The notes under the pieces are model-generated. The model worked only from the letters and a program-made list of their open reading frames with translations. It was not told where the DNA came from and did not search any database. A stretch of DNA of 50,294 nt from an uncultured Candidatus Saccharibacteria bacterium (lineage in GTDB: Bacteria > Patescibacteriota > Saccharimonadia > Saccharimonadales > JAGQNJ01): NCBI GenBank assembly GCA_965231045.1, contig OZ246406.1:1-50294 (forward strand), written 5' to 3'. Shown here one piece after another: positions 18,702 to 29,243 of the stretch. Positions within the stretch are counted from its first letter, which is position 1. Every line of letters begins with the position of its first letter. The position numbers and the translations under genes were made by a program.

Positions 18702-19454
18702 ATGATGACAAAAATTAAAACTGAGTCCGAGATACAGGCTATGAGAGAAGGTGGTCTTATACTTGCCAAGGTGTTAAGACTCATGGAAGAAAAAGCCGCA
18801 CCAGGGCTAACGCCGATTGATATGTCACGGCTGGCAAATGAGGAACTACGTAAACTTGGTGGTGAACCAGCATTTCTTGGCTATCATGGATACCCTGATG
18901 TAATTTGTATATCAGCTAATGATCAAGTACAACACTCCATACCAAACGATCGTCCGTTTGAAGAAGGCGATATTGTTAATTTTGACTTTGGGGTTAGGTA
19001 TAAAGGGCTAATAACTGATGCTGGCGTTACGGTTTGTATTGGTAATAAGTTTACCCCTGACACTAAACGCCTAATTAATGGCACCAAACAAGCCCTGGAA
19101 GCCGGTATCAGCGCAGTTAAACCAAATTGTCATGTAGGGGATATATCAGCGGCTATCGAATCAGTACTTCGCAAACATAAACTTGGCATAGTAAGGATAT
19201 TAGTTGGGCATGGTGTTGGCAATAATTTGCATGAAGAGCCTGAGATTCCAAATTACGGTATTGCGGGGCGTGGTCCAATCCTAAAGTCAGGTATGACAAT
19301 TGCAATTGAACCAATTACAACCCTTGGTACGTCTGAGATAAGAGAGTTGAGGGATGGCTGGACTCTAGTGACTATTGATGGAAGTTGGTCTGCTCAGTTT
19401 GAGCACACAGTGCTTATAACCAATAAAGGTGCTGAGATTCTTACAACAGTTTGA
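18702..19454 (+). CDS. map: Type I methionine aminopeptidase
   Basis: HSIP, DIVNFD, GHGVG, HEEP, IAIEP, AQFEHTV. ATG 18702 preferred over TTG 18696. Confidence 0.96.
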   Translation: MMTKIKTESEIQAMREGGLILAKVLRLMEEKAAPGLTPIDMSRLANEELRKLGGEPAFLGYHGYPDVICISANDQVQHSIPNDRPFEEGDIVNFDFGVRYKGLITDAGVTVCIGNKFTPDTKRLINGTKQALEAGISAVKPNCHVGDISAAIESVLRKHKLGIVRILVGHGVGNNLHEEPEIPNYGIAGRGPILKSGMTIAIEPITTLGTSEIRELRDGWTLVTIDGSWSAQFEHTVLITNKGAEILTTV

Positions 19455-19509
19455 GTAAATTTTGTAGTCGCTCTTGCCAGGGGTAGAGGATAAGCGTTAT
19501 ACTGCTTCC

Positions 19510-20748
19510 ATGCGCGAACAGCCGGTACCCCATTTCGTGGGCTTAGACATAGGGACAAGCCGAGTAAGATGTGTAGTCGGGACTATGGATCCGCACGATC
19601 CAACTCGACCTTCAATTGTCGGTCACGGTGAAGCTGTTAATCGGGGAATGCGGAAGGGTGTAATTGCCCATCTTGATGATGTTGTTGAGGCCGTAGGTCA
19701 GGCAATTAGTGAAGCTGAGCGTGTCTCAGGCATTCAATTTCATGGCGTAACAGTGAACGTTAATGGATCTCACGTGGTTGGGATTAACTCTAAAGGTGTT
19801 ATTGCAATAAGTAGTGCCAACAGAGAAATTAGTCCACATGACCGCATGCGTGCCGAAGAAGCGGCAACAATCGTGCAGTTGCCCCCCAACAGAGAAATAA
19901 TCCAAGTTTTTGCTAAGAATTACTCGGTTGATGGACAAGACAATATTAAAGATCCTGTAGGGATGCAGGGTGTACGACTAGAGGTTGATACGCACATCGT
20001 CACAGCTGCGACACCAAATGTTCGATCTATTGAACAGGCTCTAGAGAAGTTAAATATCCATCCTACTCACAAGACTGTATCTGGTTTGGCAGCCGCTGAA
20101 GCTGTATTATCACGACAACAAAAAGAGGCCGGCACATTACTCTTGGATATAGGGGCAGGTACAACCAACCTTGCCATTATTGAAGATGGTGAAGTTCAAC
20201 ATGTAGGTGTGATTCCAATCGGAGGCATTCATGTTACTAATGATCTGGCGATCGGTCTTAAAACAGATCTAGATATCGCCGAAAAGGTCAAAATTGAGCA
20301 TGCTGCAGTTGCGGGGGCTACTAACAAGAAACTTATGACTGTAAAAATCGGCAAAAAACAGTATAGCTTTGATGGTGAAGAAGTTGTAATGATCACCGAA
20401 GCCCGTATCGAAGAACTTCTTGAATTCGTTGATAAAGAGTTAAAGCGAATTCATAAGTCACGTAAACTTCCTGGTGGTGTTGTTATTGTTGGTGGTGTAT
20501 CAAGACTACCTGGTATTGCGGAGTTCACAAAAGATAAACTCCAATTAGCTTCTAGACTCGGTAAGCTCCAGCCAGTTGGTGGACTAATAGACACTGTTAA
20601 TGACCCAGCTTATGCGACGGCTACTGGTTTAATGCTGCTTGATATGCTCTTGTTGCCACCACAACATGGCGATCAATATATGAACACTGATAAGTTCTTT
20701 GGCACGGTTGAGGGTATCTGGAAGCGCTTCAAGCGGCCAAAACACTGA
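19510..20748 (+). CDS. ftsA: Cell division protein FtsA
   Basis: GLDIGTS, LDIGAGTT, GGIHVTNDLA; ATG 19510 is 6 nt after TATACT. Confidence 0.96.
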   Translation: MREQPVPHFVGLDIGTSRVRCVVGTMDPHDPTRPSIVGHGEAVNRGMRKGVIAHLDDVVEAVGQAISEAERVSGIQFHGVTVNVNGSHVVGINSKGVIAISSANREISPHDRMRAEEAATIVQLPPNREIIQVFAKNYSVDGQDNIKDPVGMQGVRLEVDTHIVTAATPNVRSIEQALEKLNIHPTHKTVSGLAAAEAVLSRQQKEAGTLLLDIGAGTTNLAIIEDGEVQHVGVIPIGGIHVTNDLAIGLKTDLDIAEKVKIEHAAVAGATNKKLMTVKIGKKQYSFDGEEVVMITEARIEELLEFVDKELKRIHKSRKLPGGVVIVGGVSRLPGIAEFTKDKLQLASRLGKLQPVGGLIDTVNDPAYATATGLMLLDMLLLPPQHGDQYMNTDKFFGTVEGIWKRFKRPKH

Positions 20749-20858
20749 GCACATAATGTGATCGTCAATTTATGGATGGTTTTTGGGTGATACATTGAAG
20801 TTGTTCAAATACTCAAGTATACTGGCACTGTAAAACGTGTAAGAAGAGGGAACAATTT

Positions 20859-22196
20859 ATGCCACAAGTCGCTCCAGCTATAGAGACATTTGCTTCCATA
20901 AAGGTTGTTGGTGTTGGTGGGGCCGGCGGTGCAGCTATTAATAGAATGGTTGAAGCCGGTGTTAGGGACGTAGAATTTATTGCAGTAAATACTGATGCTC
21001 AAGCTTTGCATCATTCAAAAGCCGATAAGAAGATCCATATAGGTAAAGAAGCTACGCGTGGGCTTGGTGCTGGCGCTGACCCAATCGTTGGTCAAAAAGC
21101 TGCGGAGGAATCAATAGAGGACATCAAGAACGCTCTACAGGGCGCTGACATGGTCTTTGTAACTATTGGTGCGGGCGGTGGAACTGGTAGTGGCGCAGGA
21201 CATGTTGTCGCTAAGCTGGCTAGAGATATGAATGCGCTCGTAGTTGGTTTTGCTACAAAGCCTTTCGCATTTGAGGGTGAGAAACGCCGAAAGAATGCTG
21301 AAGCGGCTATAACAAACCTTCGTGAGGCCGTCGATACGCTTATTACAATTCCAAATGATAGACTTCTTCAAACTATTGATAGACAAACACCTCTACTTGA
21401 GGCCTTTAAGGTTGCCGATGACGTGTTGCGACAGGGTGTTCAAGGTATTGCCGATCTTATTACTGTACATGGTCTTATCAACCTTGACTTTGCCGATGTT
21501 AAAACTGTTATGAGTAGCGCTGGGTCAGCACTTATGGGAATTGGCCGTGCTAGCGGGGAAGATCGAGCGGTTAAGGCAGCACAACAGGCTATCGAATCAC
21601 CACTGCTTGAAGTATCAATTGATGGAGCTAGAGGCATCCTATTTAATGTCATCGGCGGCAATGATATGACCATGCATGAGATAAATTCTGCGGCCGAAAC
21701 TATTACTAACGCTGCAGATCCTGACGCAAATATCATATTTGGTGCCACAATTAACCCTGAACTTGAAGGTGAAATCATTATTACAGTCGTTGCGACTGGG
21801 TTTGATGCGGCTTACTTTACCAAACGCGATAAAACAGAGTCTGAAATAACAGAACCAAAGGTAGTTGAGGATAATACTGAGGACGATATTTCAACTATTG
21901 GCGCCAAAGAAATGCAAGATATCGACATGAAGCTCGAAGATAATAATATCGATGATGCTCATGCTGCTGACTTCCATAGTGATAACCCGATGCCTAACAT
22001 CTGGACACTAGACTCTGAAGAGTCAACAGATAGCGATACATCAAGTGAAGACCATGACAATCAAGCAGTTGTCAGTAATCATGATGAAGATGAACTTGAA
22101 AAGCCATCATTCCTGCGCCGATTCAAAAAGAATCGTAAGAACGAAAAGCCTGAAGATACTTCAGAACCTCAAGAAAACGACGAAAAATCTGAGTAA
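20859..22196 (+). CDS. ftsZ: Cell division protein FtsZ
   Basis: GGGTGSG tubulin signature, NLDFADV, C-terminal LEKPSFLRR. Confidence 0.98.
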   Translation: MPQVAPAIETFASIKVVGVGGAGGAAINRMVEAGVRDVEFIAVNTDAQALHHSKADKKIHIGKEATRGLGAGADPIVGQKAAEESIEDIKNALQGADMVFVTIGAGGGTGSGAGHVVAKLARDMNALVVGFATKPFAFEGEKRRKNAEAAITNLREAVDTLITIPNDRLLQTIDRQTPLLEAFKVADDVLRQGVQGIADLITVHGLINLDFADVKTVMSSAGSALMGIGRASGEDRAVKAAQQAIESPLLEVSIDGARGILFNVIGGNDMTMHEINSAAETITNAADPDANIIFGATINPELEGEIIITVVATGFDAAYFTKRDKTESEITEPKVVEDNTEDDISTIGAKEMQDIDMKLEDNNIDDAHAADFHSDNPMPNIWTLDSEESTDSDTSSEDHDNQAVVSNHDEDELEKPSFLRRFKKNRKNEKPEDTSEPQENDEKSE

Positions 22197-22226
22197 AACG
22201 TACTAAATAATACACCGTATTTTTGC

Positions 22227-22282
22227 TTGCAAAACGCTACGAGTGGGGCTATGATCAAATGTATAGGCGCTATATGTAGGGA
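22227..22282 (+). promoter_or_regulatory. nrdR-nrdJ promoter with tandem NrdR-box-like sites
   Basis: TTGCAA-N17-TATGAT; CTACGAGTGG (22237) and CTATATGTAG (22270) resemble the NrdR-box core CwAtATaTwG, 33 bp apart. Confidence 0.65.
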
Positions 22283-22382
22283 TGAAATATGGCAATAGTA
22301 CATTCAGATTGAGTACAAAAATGTATCACTTCAGCAGTCTGGATATATTTCTGAGCGAAGGTGATCATAAAAGGAGGTGTGC

Positions 22383-22865
22383 ATGAAGTGTAGCCAATGC
22401 CATCATGATGATACTAAGGTAATTGAATCACGTGATGTAAATGAAGGCGAAGCTATCAGGCGCCGACGAGCTTGCACCGCCTGTAAATATCGATTTACGA
22501 CTTATGAACGTATAGAACGGCCCCAGTTGATTGTAATTAAGCACAACGGCACAAGGGAGCTGTACAGTCGTGAAAAATTACTAGGCGGACTCTATCGAGC
22601 GTGCGAAAAGACCACGCTGACAGGATTACAGCTTGAACGTTTGGTTGCTGATATAGAACAACAGCTCTATGCTTGCGGAGAATCAGAAGTTTCTTCAGCG
22701 AAGATAGGTGAGCTTGTTATGGAAGGGTTAGCACCCCTAAATGAAGTTGCATATGTTCGATTTGCAAGCGTCTACCGACGCTTTAAGGATATCGCCAGCT
22801 TTGAGCGGGAGTTATCGCAGATCAGGCATATGAAAACAGAGAAAACAGAAAAGGCCAAATCATAA
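22383..22865 (+). CDS. nrdR: Transcriptional repressor NrdR
   Basis: MKCSQC...TKVIESR...IRRRRAC..C..RFTTYE, ATP cone, VAYVRFASVY. Confidence 0.97.
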   Translation: MKCSQCHHDDTKVIESRDVNEGEAIRRRRACTACKYRFTTYERIERPQLIVIKHNGTRELYSREKLLGGLYRACEKTTLTGLQLERLVADIEQQLYACGESEVSSAKIGELVMEGLAPLNEVAYVRFASVYRRFKDIASFERELSQIRHMKTEKTEKAKS

Positions 22866-22994
22866 AGGTTTGGCCGCTACCCGTAAGTTTTAAATCCCTT
22901 GAAACTTGCGGGGAGCTGGTGACCAGAGGTGTAAAATATGCGGTCACGGACTCTAAACAAAAAATAAAATAATAACAACTAAGTGAGGGTAACT

Positions 22995-25772
22995 ATGGGA
23001 CACACAGCCAAATTAACGGTTGGGAGGTTATTCACCCAACCAAAAACTCGAGCATATGACATGCTCAACTGGACAAAAAGAGATTCAATCATCGTCAATC
23101 CGATGAGTAATACGCCGGTATTTGAACAAAAAGATGTTGAATTTCCTGACTTTTGGTCACTAAACGCTATTAATATTGTTGCCCAAAAATATTTCACTGG
23201 TACACCTGGTACGAGTGAAAGAGAGCAATCTCTAAAAGATTTAATTGATCGTGTTGCCGATACTATTACTAGGCACGGCTTAAAAGAAGATTACTTTACA
23301 TCTGATGAAGAAGCAGAGTCATTCCGTGAGGAATTAAAGTATATTCTTGCAACTCAACGAGCAGCCTTCAACTCACCAGTATGGTTTAACATCGGTGCAC
23401 CTAGCCGGTCCCAGCAAGCTAGCGCCTGTTTCATCCTTGGTATTGAAGACACCATGCCCTCGATTCTTAACTGGTACAAAGAAGAAGGTATGATCTTCAA
23501 AGGTGGCTCAGGTTCAGGTATTAATCTAAGCCCATTACGTTCTTCTCAAGAAAAACTTGGTAAGAGTGCGGGTACGGCATCAGGACCGCTTAGCTTTATG
23601 CGTGGAGCTGATGCTTCAGCTGGTGCAATTAAGAGTGGTGGCAAGACTCGTCGAGCTGCCAAGATGGTGATTTTGAATGTTTCTCACCCTGATGTCGAAG
23701 AGTTTATCTGGTGCAAAGCAATTGAGGAGCGCAAGGCTCGTGTATTGCAAGAAGCTGGCTTTGACATGAACCTTGATGGCAAAGATGCTTTCTCTGTTCA
23801 GTATCAAAACGCTAACAACTCGGTAAGAGTCACTGATGAGTTCATGCAAGCAGTTGTTGATGACAAAGATTGGGACTTAACTGCAGTCAAAGATGGTAAG
23901 ACAATCAGGAAAGTTAGAGCACGTGATATCTTCAGACAGATCTCTGAAGCGGCATGGGAATGTGCTGATCCTGGCATGCAGTTTGATACCACCATTAACA
24001 AGTGGCATACTGCTCCAAATGCTGGACGTATCAACGCCTCAAACCCTTGTAGTGAGTACATGCATCTCGACAATTCAGCCTGTAACTTAGCCTCAATCAA
24101 CCTATTGAAGTACTTGCGAGATGACAATACTTTCGATGTAGAGGCTTTCAAGCACACTGTAAATATCATGTTTACTGCTCAAGAGATCTTGGTCGGCTAC
24201 TCTGAATACCCAACAGAGAGCATTACTAAGAATGCTAAGGCCTATCGCGAGCTAGGTTTAGGCTATGCTAACCTCGGTGCATTATTGATGGCTCAAGGCT
24301 TGCCATATGATTCAGATGAGGGTCGTGCTCAAGCGGCAGCTATTACAGCTCTAATGACAGGGTATGCTTATGCTACTAGCGCTAAGATTGCTGAACGGGT
24401 CGGACCATTTACTGGCTTCCACAAAGATCGTGAAGGCATGCTTAACGTTATTCGTATGCATCGTGGAGAAGTTTCCAACATTGATGCCAGCATGGTATCT
24501 GAGGAGCTTTTGAGTGCCGCTGCGGCAGCATGGGATGAAGCAGTTGAGCTATCAGAGCTTTATGGTGTTCGTAATTCTCAGGCTAGTGTATTGGCTCCAA
24601 CAGGGACAATTGGTCTGATGATGGACTGTGACACGACTGGTATTGAGCCTGATCTAGGCCTCGTTAAGGTTAAGAAGTTAGTCGGTGGTGGAACGATGAG
24701 TATTGTTAACCAAACAGTTCCACGCGCATTAAAAGCTCTTGGCTACAACAAAAATCAGATAGACGATATCATAAATTACATTGATGTTGAAAAAACAATA
24801 ATTGGCGCACCGCACCTCAAGAAAGAGCATGAAGATGTCTTTGCCTGCTCCATGGGTGAGAACTCGATTCACTACATGGGTCACGTTAAGATGATGGCGG
24901 CTGTTCAGCCATTCCTGTCTGGCGCCATCAGTAAAACGATCAACATGCCCGAAGAAGCCACTGTTGAAGACGTTGAGCAACTGCACATCGAATCTTGGAA
25001 ACTTGGTTTGAAAGCCGTAGCTATTTACCGAGATAACTGTAAGGTAGCTCAGCCACTTTCAATGGCTAAAAAGGAAGGTAAGGAAGAGGACAAGCCAGCA
25101 AGCGCTGAAACAATTAACGATAAGATTATCGTAAAGGGTGCTGTTCGACGACCATTACCTAAGGTTCGTAATGCTAAAACATTTGCCTTCACAGTTGGTG
25201 GTAGCAAAGGTTTCGTAACGGTAGGTGAGTACGAAGATGGTACCCCTGGTGAAGTATTCATGCAGATAGCAAAACAGGGCTCAACCCTAGCTGGGGTTAT
25301 GGACTCATTGGCTATATCTGTAAGCTATGGCTTGCAGTACGGTGTGCCACTTAAGAGTTATGTCTATGGCTTGACCAACATGGCCTTTGCACCGGCTGGT
25401 GTAACAGATGACAGCGAGATCCGCACAGCTTCATCACTTGTTGACTACGTCTTCAAGCGTCTAGGCAAGACCTATTTGTCATTCGATGATCAGCTTGAGT
25501 TGGGTCTTGCTTCGATCGACGACATGCCAGACACACAAGTTAGTCTTCTCGAGGAAGATTTGGTTAAAAAACAAGAAAAGCCAGCAATTGTAAAAGAAGA
25601 GAAACCGAAAATGGTAGAAGTGCCTGTGGCTAAAGTGGAGAAGAAAGTCAGCAAATCCCCTATGGCTCAAGACGACACAGCTCCAATGTGCTACAACTGT
25701 GGCAATCAGACACAACGAGCCGGTAGCTGCTATGTCTGTACGGCTTGCGGTTCGACAACGGGCTGCTCTTAA
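22995..25772 (+). CDS. nrdJ: Adenosylcobalamin-dependent (class II) ribonucleotide reductase with C-terminal TSCPD/zinc-ribbon region
   Basis: FNSPVWFN, SACFI, NPCSEY, APTGTI, GAISKTINMP, YRDNC, CYNC...CTAC. Confidence 0.93.
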   Translation: MGHTAKLTVGRLFTQPKTRAYDMLNWTKRDSIIVNPMSNTPVFEQKDVEFPDFWSLNAINIVAQKYFTGTPGTSEREQSLKDLIDRVADTITRHGLKEDYFTSDEEAESFREELKYILATQRAAFNSPVWFNIGAPSRSQQASACFILGIEDTMPSILNWYKEEGMIFKGGSGSGINLSPLRSSQEKLGKSAGTASGPLSFMRGADASAGAIKSGGKTRRAAKMVILNVSHPDVEEFIWCKAIEERKARVLQEAGFDMNLDGKDAFSVQYQNANNSVRVTDEFMQAVVDDKDWDLTAVKDGKTIRKVRARDIFRQISEAAWECADPGMQFDTTINKWHTAPNAGRINASNPCSEYMHLDNSACNLASINLLKYLRDDNTFDVEAFKHTVNIMFTAQEILVGYSEYPTESITKNAKAYRELGLGYANLGALLMAQGLPYDSDEGRAQAAAITALMTGYAYATSAKIAERVGPFTGFHKDREGMLNVIRMHRGEVSNIDASMVSEELLSAAAAAWDEAVELSELYGVRNSQASVLAPTGTIGLMMDCDTTGIEPDLGLVKVKKLVGGGTMSIVNQTVPRALKALGYNKNQIDDIINYIDVEKTIIGAPHLKKEHEDVFACSMGENSIHYMGHVKMMAAVQPFLSGAISKTINMPEEATVEDVEQLHIESWKLGLKAVAIYRDNCKVAQPLSMAKKEGKEEDKPASAETINDKIIVKGAVRRPLPKVRNAKTFAFTVGGSKGFVTVGEYEDGTPGEVFMQIAKQGSTLAGVMDSLAISVSYGLQYGVPLKSYVYGLTNMAFAPAGVTDDSEIRTASSLVDYVFKRLGKTYLSFDDQLELGLASIDDMPDTQVSLLEEDLVKKQEKPAIVKEEKPKMVEVPVAKVEKKVSKSPMAQDDTAPMCYNCGNQTQRAGSCYVCTACGSTTGCS

Positions 25773-25780
25773 AAAGCAGT

Positions 25781-25812
25781 AAAGAGGGGCGAAGATGCCC
25801 CTCTTTTGTTTT
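25781..25812 (+). terminator. Intrinsic terminator after nrdJ
   Basis: AAAGAGGGGC-GAAGAT-GCCCCTCTTT followed by TGTTTTT. Confidence 0.85.
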
Positions 25813-25844
25813 TGGCCAATGATGCTTGTGCTAAACTACATGTA

Positions 25845-26108
25845 ATGAAAGCTATCGTTCTCTATAGGCCCCAGTCAGAATTTGCTCGAGCAGTCGAAGA
25901 GTTTACTCATGACTTTAAAACTAGAACACCATACGATATTGAGCTAACAGATGTTGATAGCTCTGAAGGTACGGCTCTTGCTGAGTTGTATGACGTAATG
26001 GATTATCCGACAGTTATCGTTAGTAAGGATGATGGCCAGCTTATCAAGAGTTGGACCGGAACACCGCTACCTCTAGTGAACGATGTAGCAGGTTACGTTA
26101 GAGGCTAG
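25845..26108 (+). CDS. Small thioredoxin-like-fold protein lacking Cys
   Basis: IELTDVDS...LAELYDVMDYPTVIV pattern; ATG 25845 is 7 nt after TGcTAAACT (ORF-track TTG 25806 lies in the terminator). Confidence 0.6.
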   Translation: MKAIVLYRPQSEFARAVEEFTHDFKTRTPYDIELTDVDSSEGTALAELYDVMDYPTVIVSKDDGQLIKSWTGTPLPLVNDVAGYVRG

Positions 26109-26140
26109 GCTTGTTAAAAAACTAAGCATAGAGTATATTT

Positions 26141-26336
26141 ACAGATGAAATCCGTTCTACCTTGGTAGATGAGTGGCTATCAACCACGAAGGTGTGAGAA
26201 GAAATCAGATTGAGAGTAGAGCTCACCGGGTATGCCCGTAACAGCAGTCAATAAGCGCTAAAAGAGTCACTTCTTTTGGAAGTCAGATGGTACCTCCCAG
26301 CAATGGGATCTGACAGTCAAAAGAGGTGATTTTTTG
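26141..26336 (+). ncRNA. T-box riboswitch, Ile (AUC) specifier
   Basis: Promoter TTGTTA-N17-TATATT; AAUC/GAUU helix and specifier loop GAA-AUC-A (26204-26206); antiterminator GUCAGA-UGGUACC-UCCC/GGGA-UCUGAC; upstream of ileS. Confidence 0.85.
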
Positions 26337-26354
26337 TTTAATTAAGGAGTGACA

Positions 26355-29243
26355 ATGGCCAACCAACCAACTAAAAAACATTTTCTAGCTGACGTTGAAG
26401 AACAAGTCCTTGATATTTGGGACAAGGAAAAAACCTTCGACAAAAGTCTTGATAATCGCAAAGGCGGTAAACTTTTTAATTTCTATGACGGACCGCCATT
26501 TGCCAATGGAGTTCCACACTATGGGCACCTGGTTCAAACAACCATTAAAGATTCGGTTACCAGATACAAAACTATGCAGGGCTTTTATGTTCCACGACGG
26601 GTTGGTTGGGATACACACGGCTTGCCAGTTGAATACGCCATCGAAAAAGAGCATGGATTTAAGGGTAAAAAAGACATTCTGGACTATGGCATTGATAAGT
26701 TCAATGCTGAGTGCCGAGAGTCGGTTTTTAAATACAAAGATGTATGGGAAGCAATGTTCCGACGCGTTGGGCGTTGGGCTGACTATGACAAGACCTATGC
26801 AACACTGGATGAGAGCTACATAGAAAGCGTCTGGTGGGTTTTTAAGACGATCTACGATAAAGACTTGGTATATAAAGATTTTCGCAGCTCACCGTACTGT
26901 CCGCGCTGCGCAACGCCACTATCAAACTTTGAGTTAAACCAAGGTTATCAGGACAACGTACCTGACCCGAGCTTATTCGTTAAATTCAAGCTTAAAGACG
27001 AAGATGCCTACTTGCTAGGCTGGACAACAACCCCTTGGAGTTTACCAGGCAATGCCGCGATCGCTGTTAAACCTGATGCCGAATATGTCTACGTAAAACT
27101 TAGTGACGATGAAGGCAAAGAAGAAGTTCTAGTGGTTGCCAGGGATCGGCTCGAAGCTTTAAATACCGACACCTACCACATTGTTAAAGAGGTAATGGGT
27201 GAGGAATTAGTTGGCAAACAATATGAACCACTATTCAAGCTAAAGGATGTTGATGATCAAAAGGGATCACAAAACTTATACAAGGTTTGGGGAGCTGAAT
27301 TCGTAAGTATCGAAGACGGTTCCGGCGTTTTGCATGTAGCACCAGCATTTGGTGAGGATGATTTGTTGTTAGGAAAGCAACAAAACCTGCCTGTACTACT
27401 GACGATTGATGAGAATGGACATGTTGTAAAAGATGCAGATTTGCCAAAAGAATTCGCTGGATTGTTCTTCAAAGAAGCCGATGAACACATCATTTCATAC
27501 CTTTCAAAACAAGGTATGGTTTATGCTGCTGAAACGTTTACGCACACCTATCCATTCTGTTGGCGTTGCGACACGCCCCTTTTGTACTACGCTACAGACT
27601 CCTGGATGGTCAAGGTGACGGCAGTCAAAGATCAGTTAACCAAGAATAACCAGCAAATTAACTGGACGCCAGGTCACATCAAAGATGGCCGATTTGGTAA
27701 ATGGCTAGAGAACGCCCGTGATTGGGGAATCTCACGCAATCGATTCTGGGGCGCACCGCTGCCAGTTTGGGTTACGGACGATGGCGAAACAGTAGTTATT
27801 GGTAGCGTCGAGGAACTCAAGCAGCGAGCAGTTGACCCTAGCAAAGTCGGTGATTTACACCGGCCATTTATTGACGACGTTGAAATCAAGACAGATTCTG
27901 GCAAGATAGCTAAGCGAATACCCGAAGTGTTTGACTGTTGGTTTGAATCGGGCTCAATGCCTTACGCTCAAGACCATTATCCGTTTGAGGATAAGAAAGA
28001 GTGGGAAGAGCACTTTCCAGCTGACTTTATTGCTGAAGCTATAGATCAAACAAGAGGTTGGTTCTATACTTTGCACGTCCTCTCAACCGCACTGTTTGAT
28101 AAGCCAGCTTTTAATGACGTTATCTGTAGTGGCTGGGTGGTTGCCGCTGATGGCGAGAAGCTTAGCAAGCGCAAGAAAAACTATGCCCCAATGGACGAAA
28201 TCTTTGATCAATACGGTGTCGATACGTTGAGGTACTTTATGGCCTCTAGTCCGATTGTTAACGGTGAAGATGTTCGTTTTAGTGTTGATTTCTTGAGGGA
28301 TGTGCAACGTAAAGTTTTCATGACCCTAAATAACATCTATAGTTTCTACAAGCTTTACGCTGATGTTGATGGTTGGAAGCCAGATAAACCCCTAGAAGAG
28401 CCCAAAAGTGATAACTTATTGGATAAGTGGATGATCTCTATACTGAATGAGGCAATTGCTGAAGTCACCAAAGCCATGGATGAATATCGACTTGATCGAG
28501 CGACACGACCGATTACTGATCTTCTAGATGATGCCTCAAACTGGTTTGTTCGCCGATCACGACGTCGTTTCTGGAAGAGTGAAGATGATAGTGATAAGAA
28601 GCAAGCTTACGCAACACTTCATTACACCTTACTTAGACTTTGTCAGTTACTTGCGCCGTTTTCACCGTTTCTAACAGATCATCTGTGGCGGAAACTTGTG
28701 GATGGCACTGATGTCCCTTCATCCGTACACCTTAGCGATTGGCCAAAATCTGGTTATGTTGATCAGAAATTACTTGCAGAAATGGCACAAGCTAGGCAGA
28801 TCATCACCGAAGGTCTTGCAGTTCGAGCCGAAGCAAAAGTGAAGGTTAGGCAACCACTAGCTGATCTTATTTGCCCTAAGTTATCAGATGACTACAAAGA
28901 AATAATCGCTGAGGAATTAAACGTTAAAGAAGTTAATTGGGGCAAAGAACTGAAGCTTAATACTAAAGTTTCACCTGATCTCAAGCGCGAAGGATTGATG
29001 AGGGAAGTTATCCGTAATGTACAGAATGCCCGAAAACAAGCCGATCTACAGGTTGATGATCGTATTAATCTAAGCTTAGTAACAGATGACAACGAGCTGA
29101 AGAAGGCTATTGAAGAACACAAGGATACTATAGCCCAAGAAACACTTGCCAAAGATCTCTCAACAGATAAGAGTGAGCATAAGAATCAGAATGAAGTTAA
29201 GGTTGATGGGGCAGAACTATACATTTCTCTAGCAAAGGCTTAA
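26355..29243 (+). CDS. ileS: Isoleucine--tRNA ligase (IleRS2 type)
   Basis: DGPPFANGVPHYGH (HIGH), WTTTPWSLPGN, KLSKR (KMSKS), DW.ISRNRFWG. Confidence 0.97.
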   Translation: MANQPTKKHFLADVEEQVLDIWDKEKTFDKSLDNRKGGKLFNFYDGPPFANGVPHYGHLVQTTIKDSVTRYKTMQGFYVPRRVGWDTHGLPVEYAIEKEHGFKGKKDILDYGIDKFNAECRESVFKYKDVWEAMFRRVGRWADYDKTYATLDESYIESVWWVFKTIYDKDLVYKDFRSSPYCPRCATPLSNFELNQGYQDNVPDPSLFVKFKLKDEDAYLLGWTTTPWSLPGNAAIAVKPDAEYVYVKLSDDEGKEEVLVVARDRLEALNTDTYHIVKEVMGEELVGKQYEPLFKLKDVDDQKGSQNLYKVWGAEFVSIEDGSGVLHVAPAFGEDDLLLGKQQNLPVLLTIDENGHVVKDADLPKEFAGLFFKEADEHIISYLSKQGMVYAAETFTHTYPFCWRCDTPLLYYATDSWMVKVTAVKDQLTKNNQQINWTPGHIKDGRFGKWLENARDWGISRNRFWGAPLPVWVTDDGETVVIGSVEELKQRAVDPSKVGDLHRPFIDDVEIKTDSGKIAKRIPEVFDCWFESGSMPYAQDHYPFEDKKEWEEHFPADFIAEAIDQTRGWFYTLHVLSTALFDKPAFNDVICSGWVVAADGEKLSKRKKNYAPMDEIFDQYGVDTLRYFMASSPIVNGEDVRFSVDFLRDVQRKVFMTLNNIYSFYKLYADVDGWKPDKPLEEPKSDNLLDKWMISILNEAIAEVTKAMDEYRLDRATRPITDLLDDASNWFVRRSRRRFWKSEDDSDKKQAYATLHYTLLRLCQLLAPFSPFLTDHLWRKLVDGTDVPSSVHLSDWPKSGYVDQKLLAEMAQARQIITEGLAVRAEAKVKVRQPLADLICPKLSDDYKEIIAEELNVKEVNWGKELKLNTKVSPDLKREGLMREVIRNVQNARKQADLQVDDRINLSLVTDDNELKKAIEEHKDTIAQETLAKDLSTDKSEHKNQNEVKVDGAELYISLAKA

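Noticed and set aside
22866-22994. Cobalamin riboswitch before nrdJ
   Set aside because: The conserved B12-box and core motifs are not found; only two simple stems.
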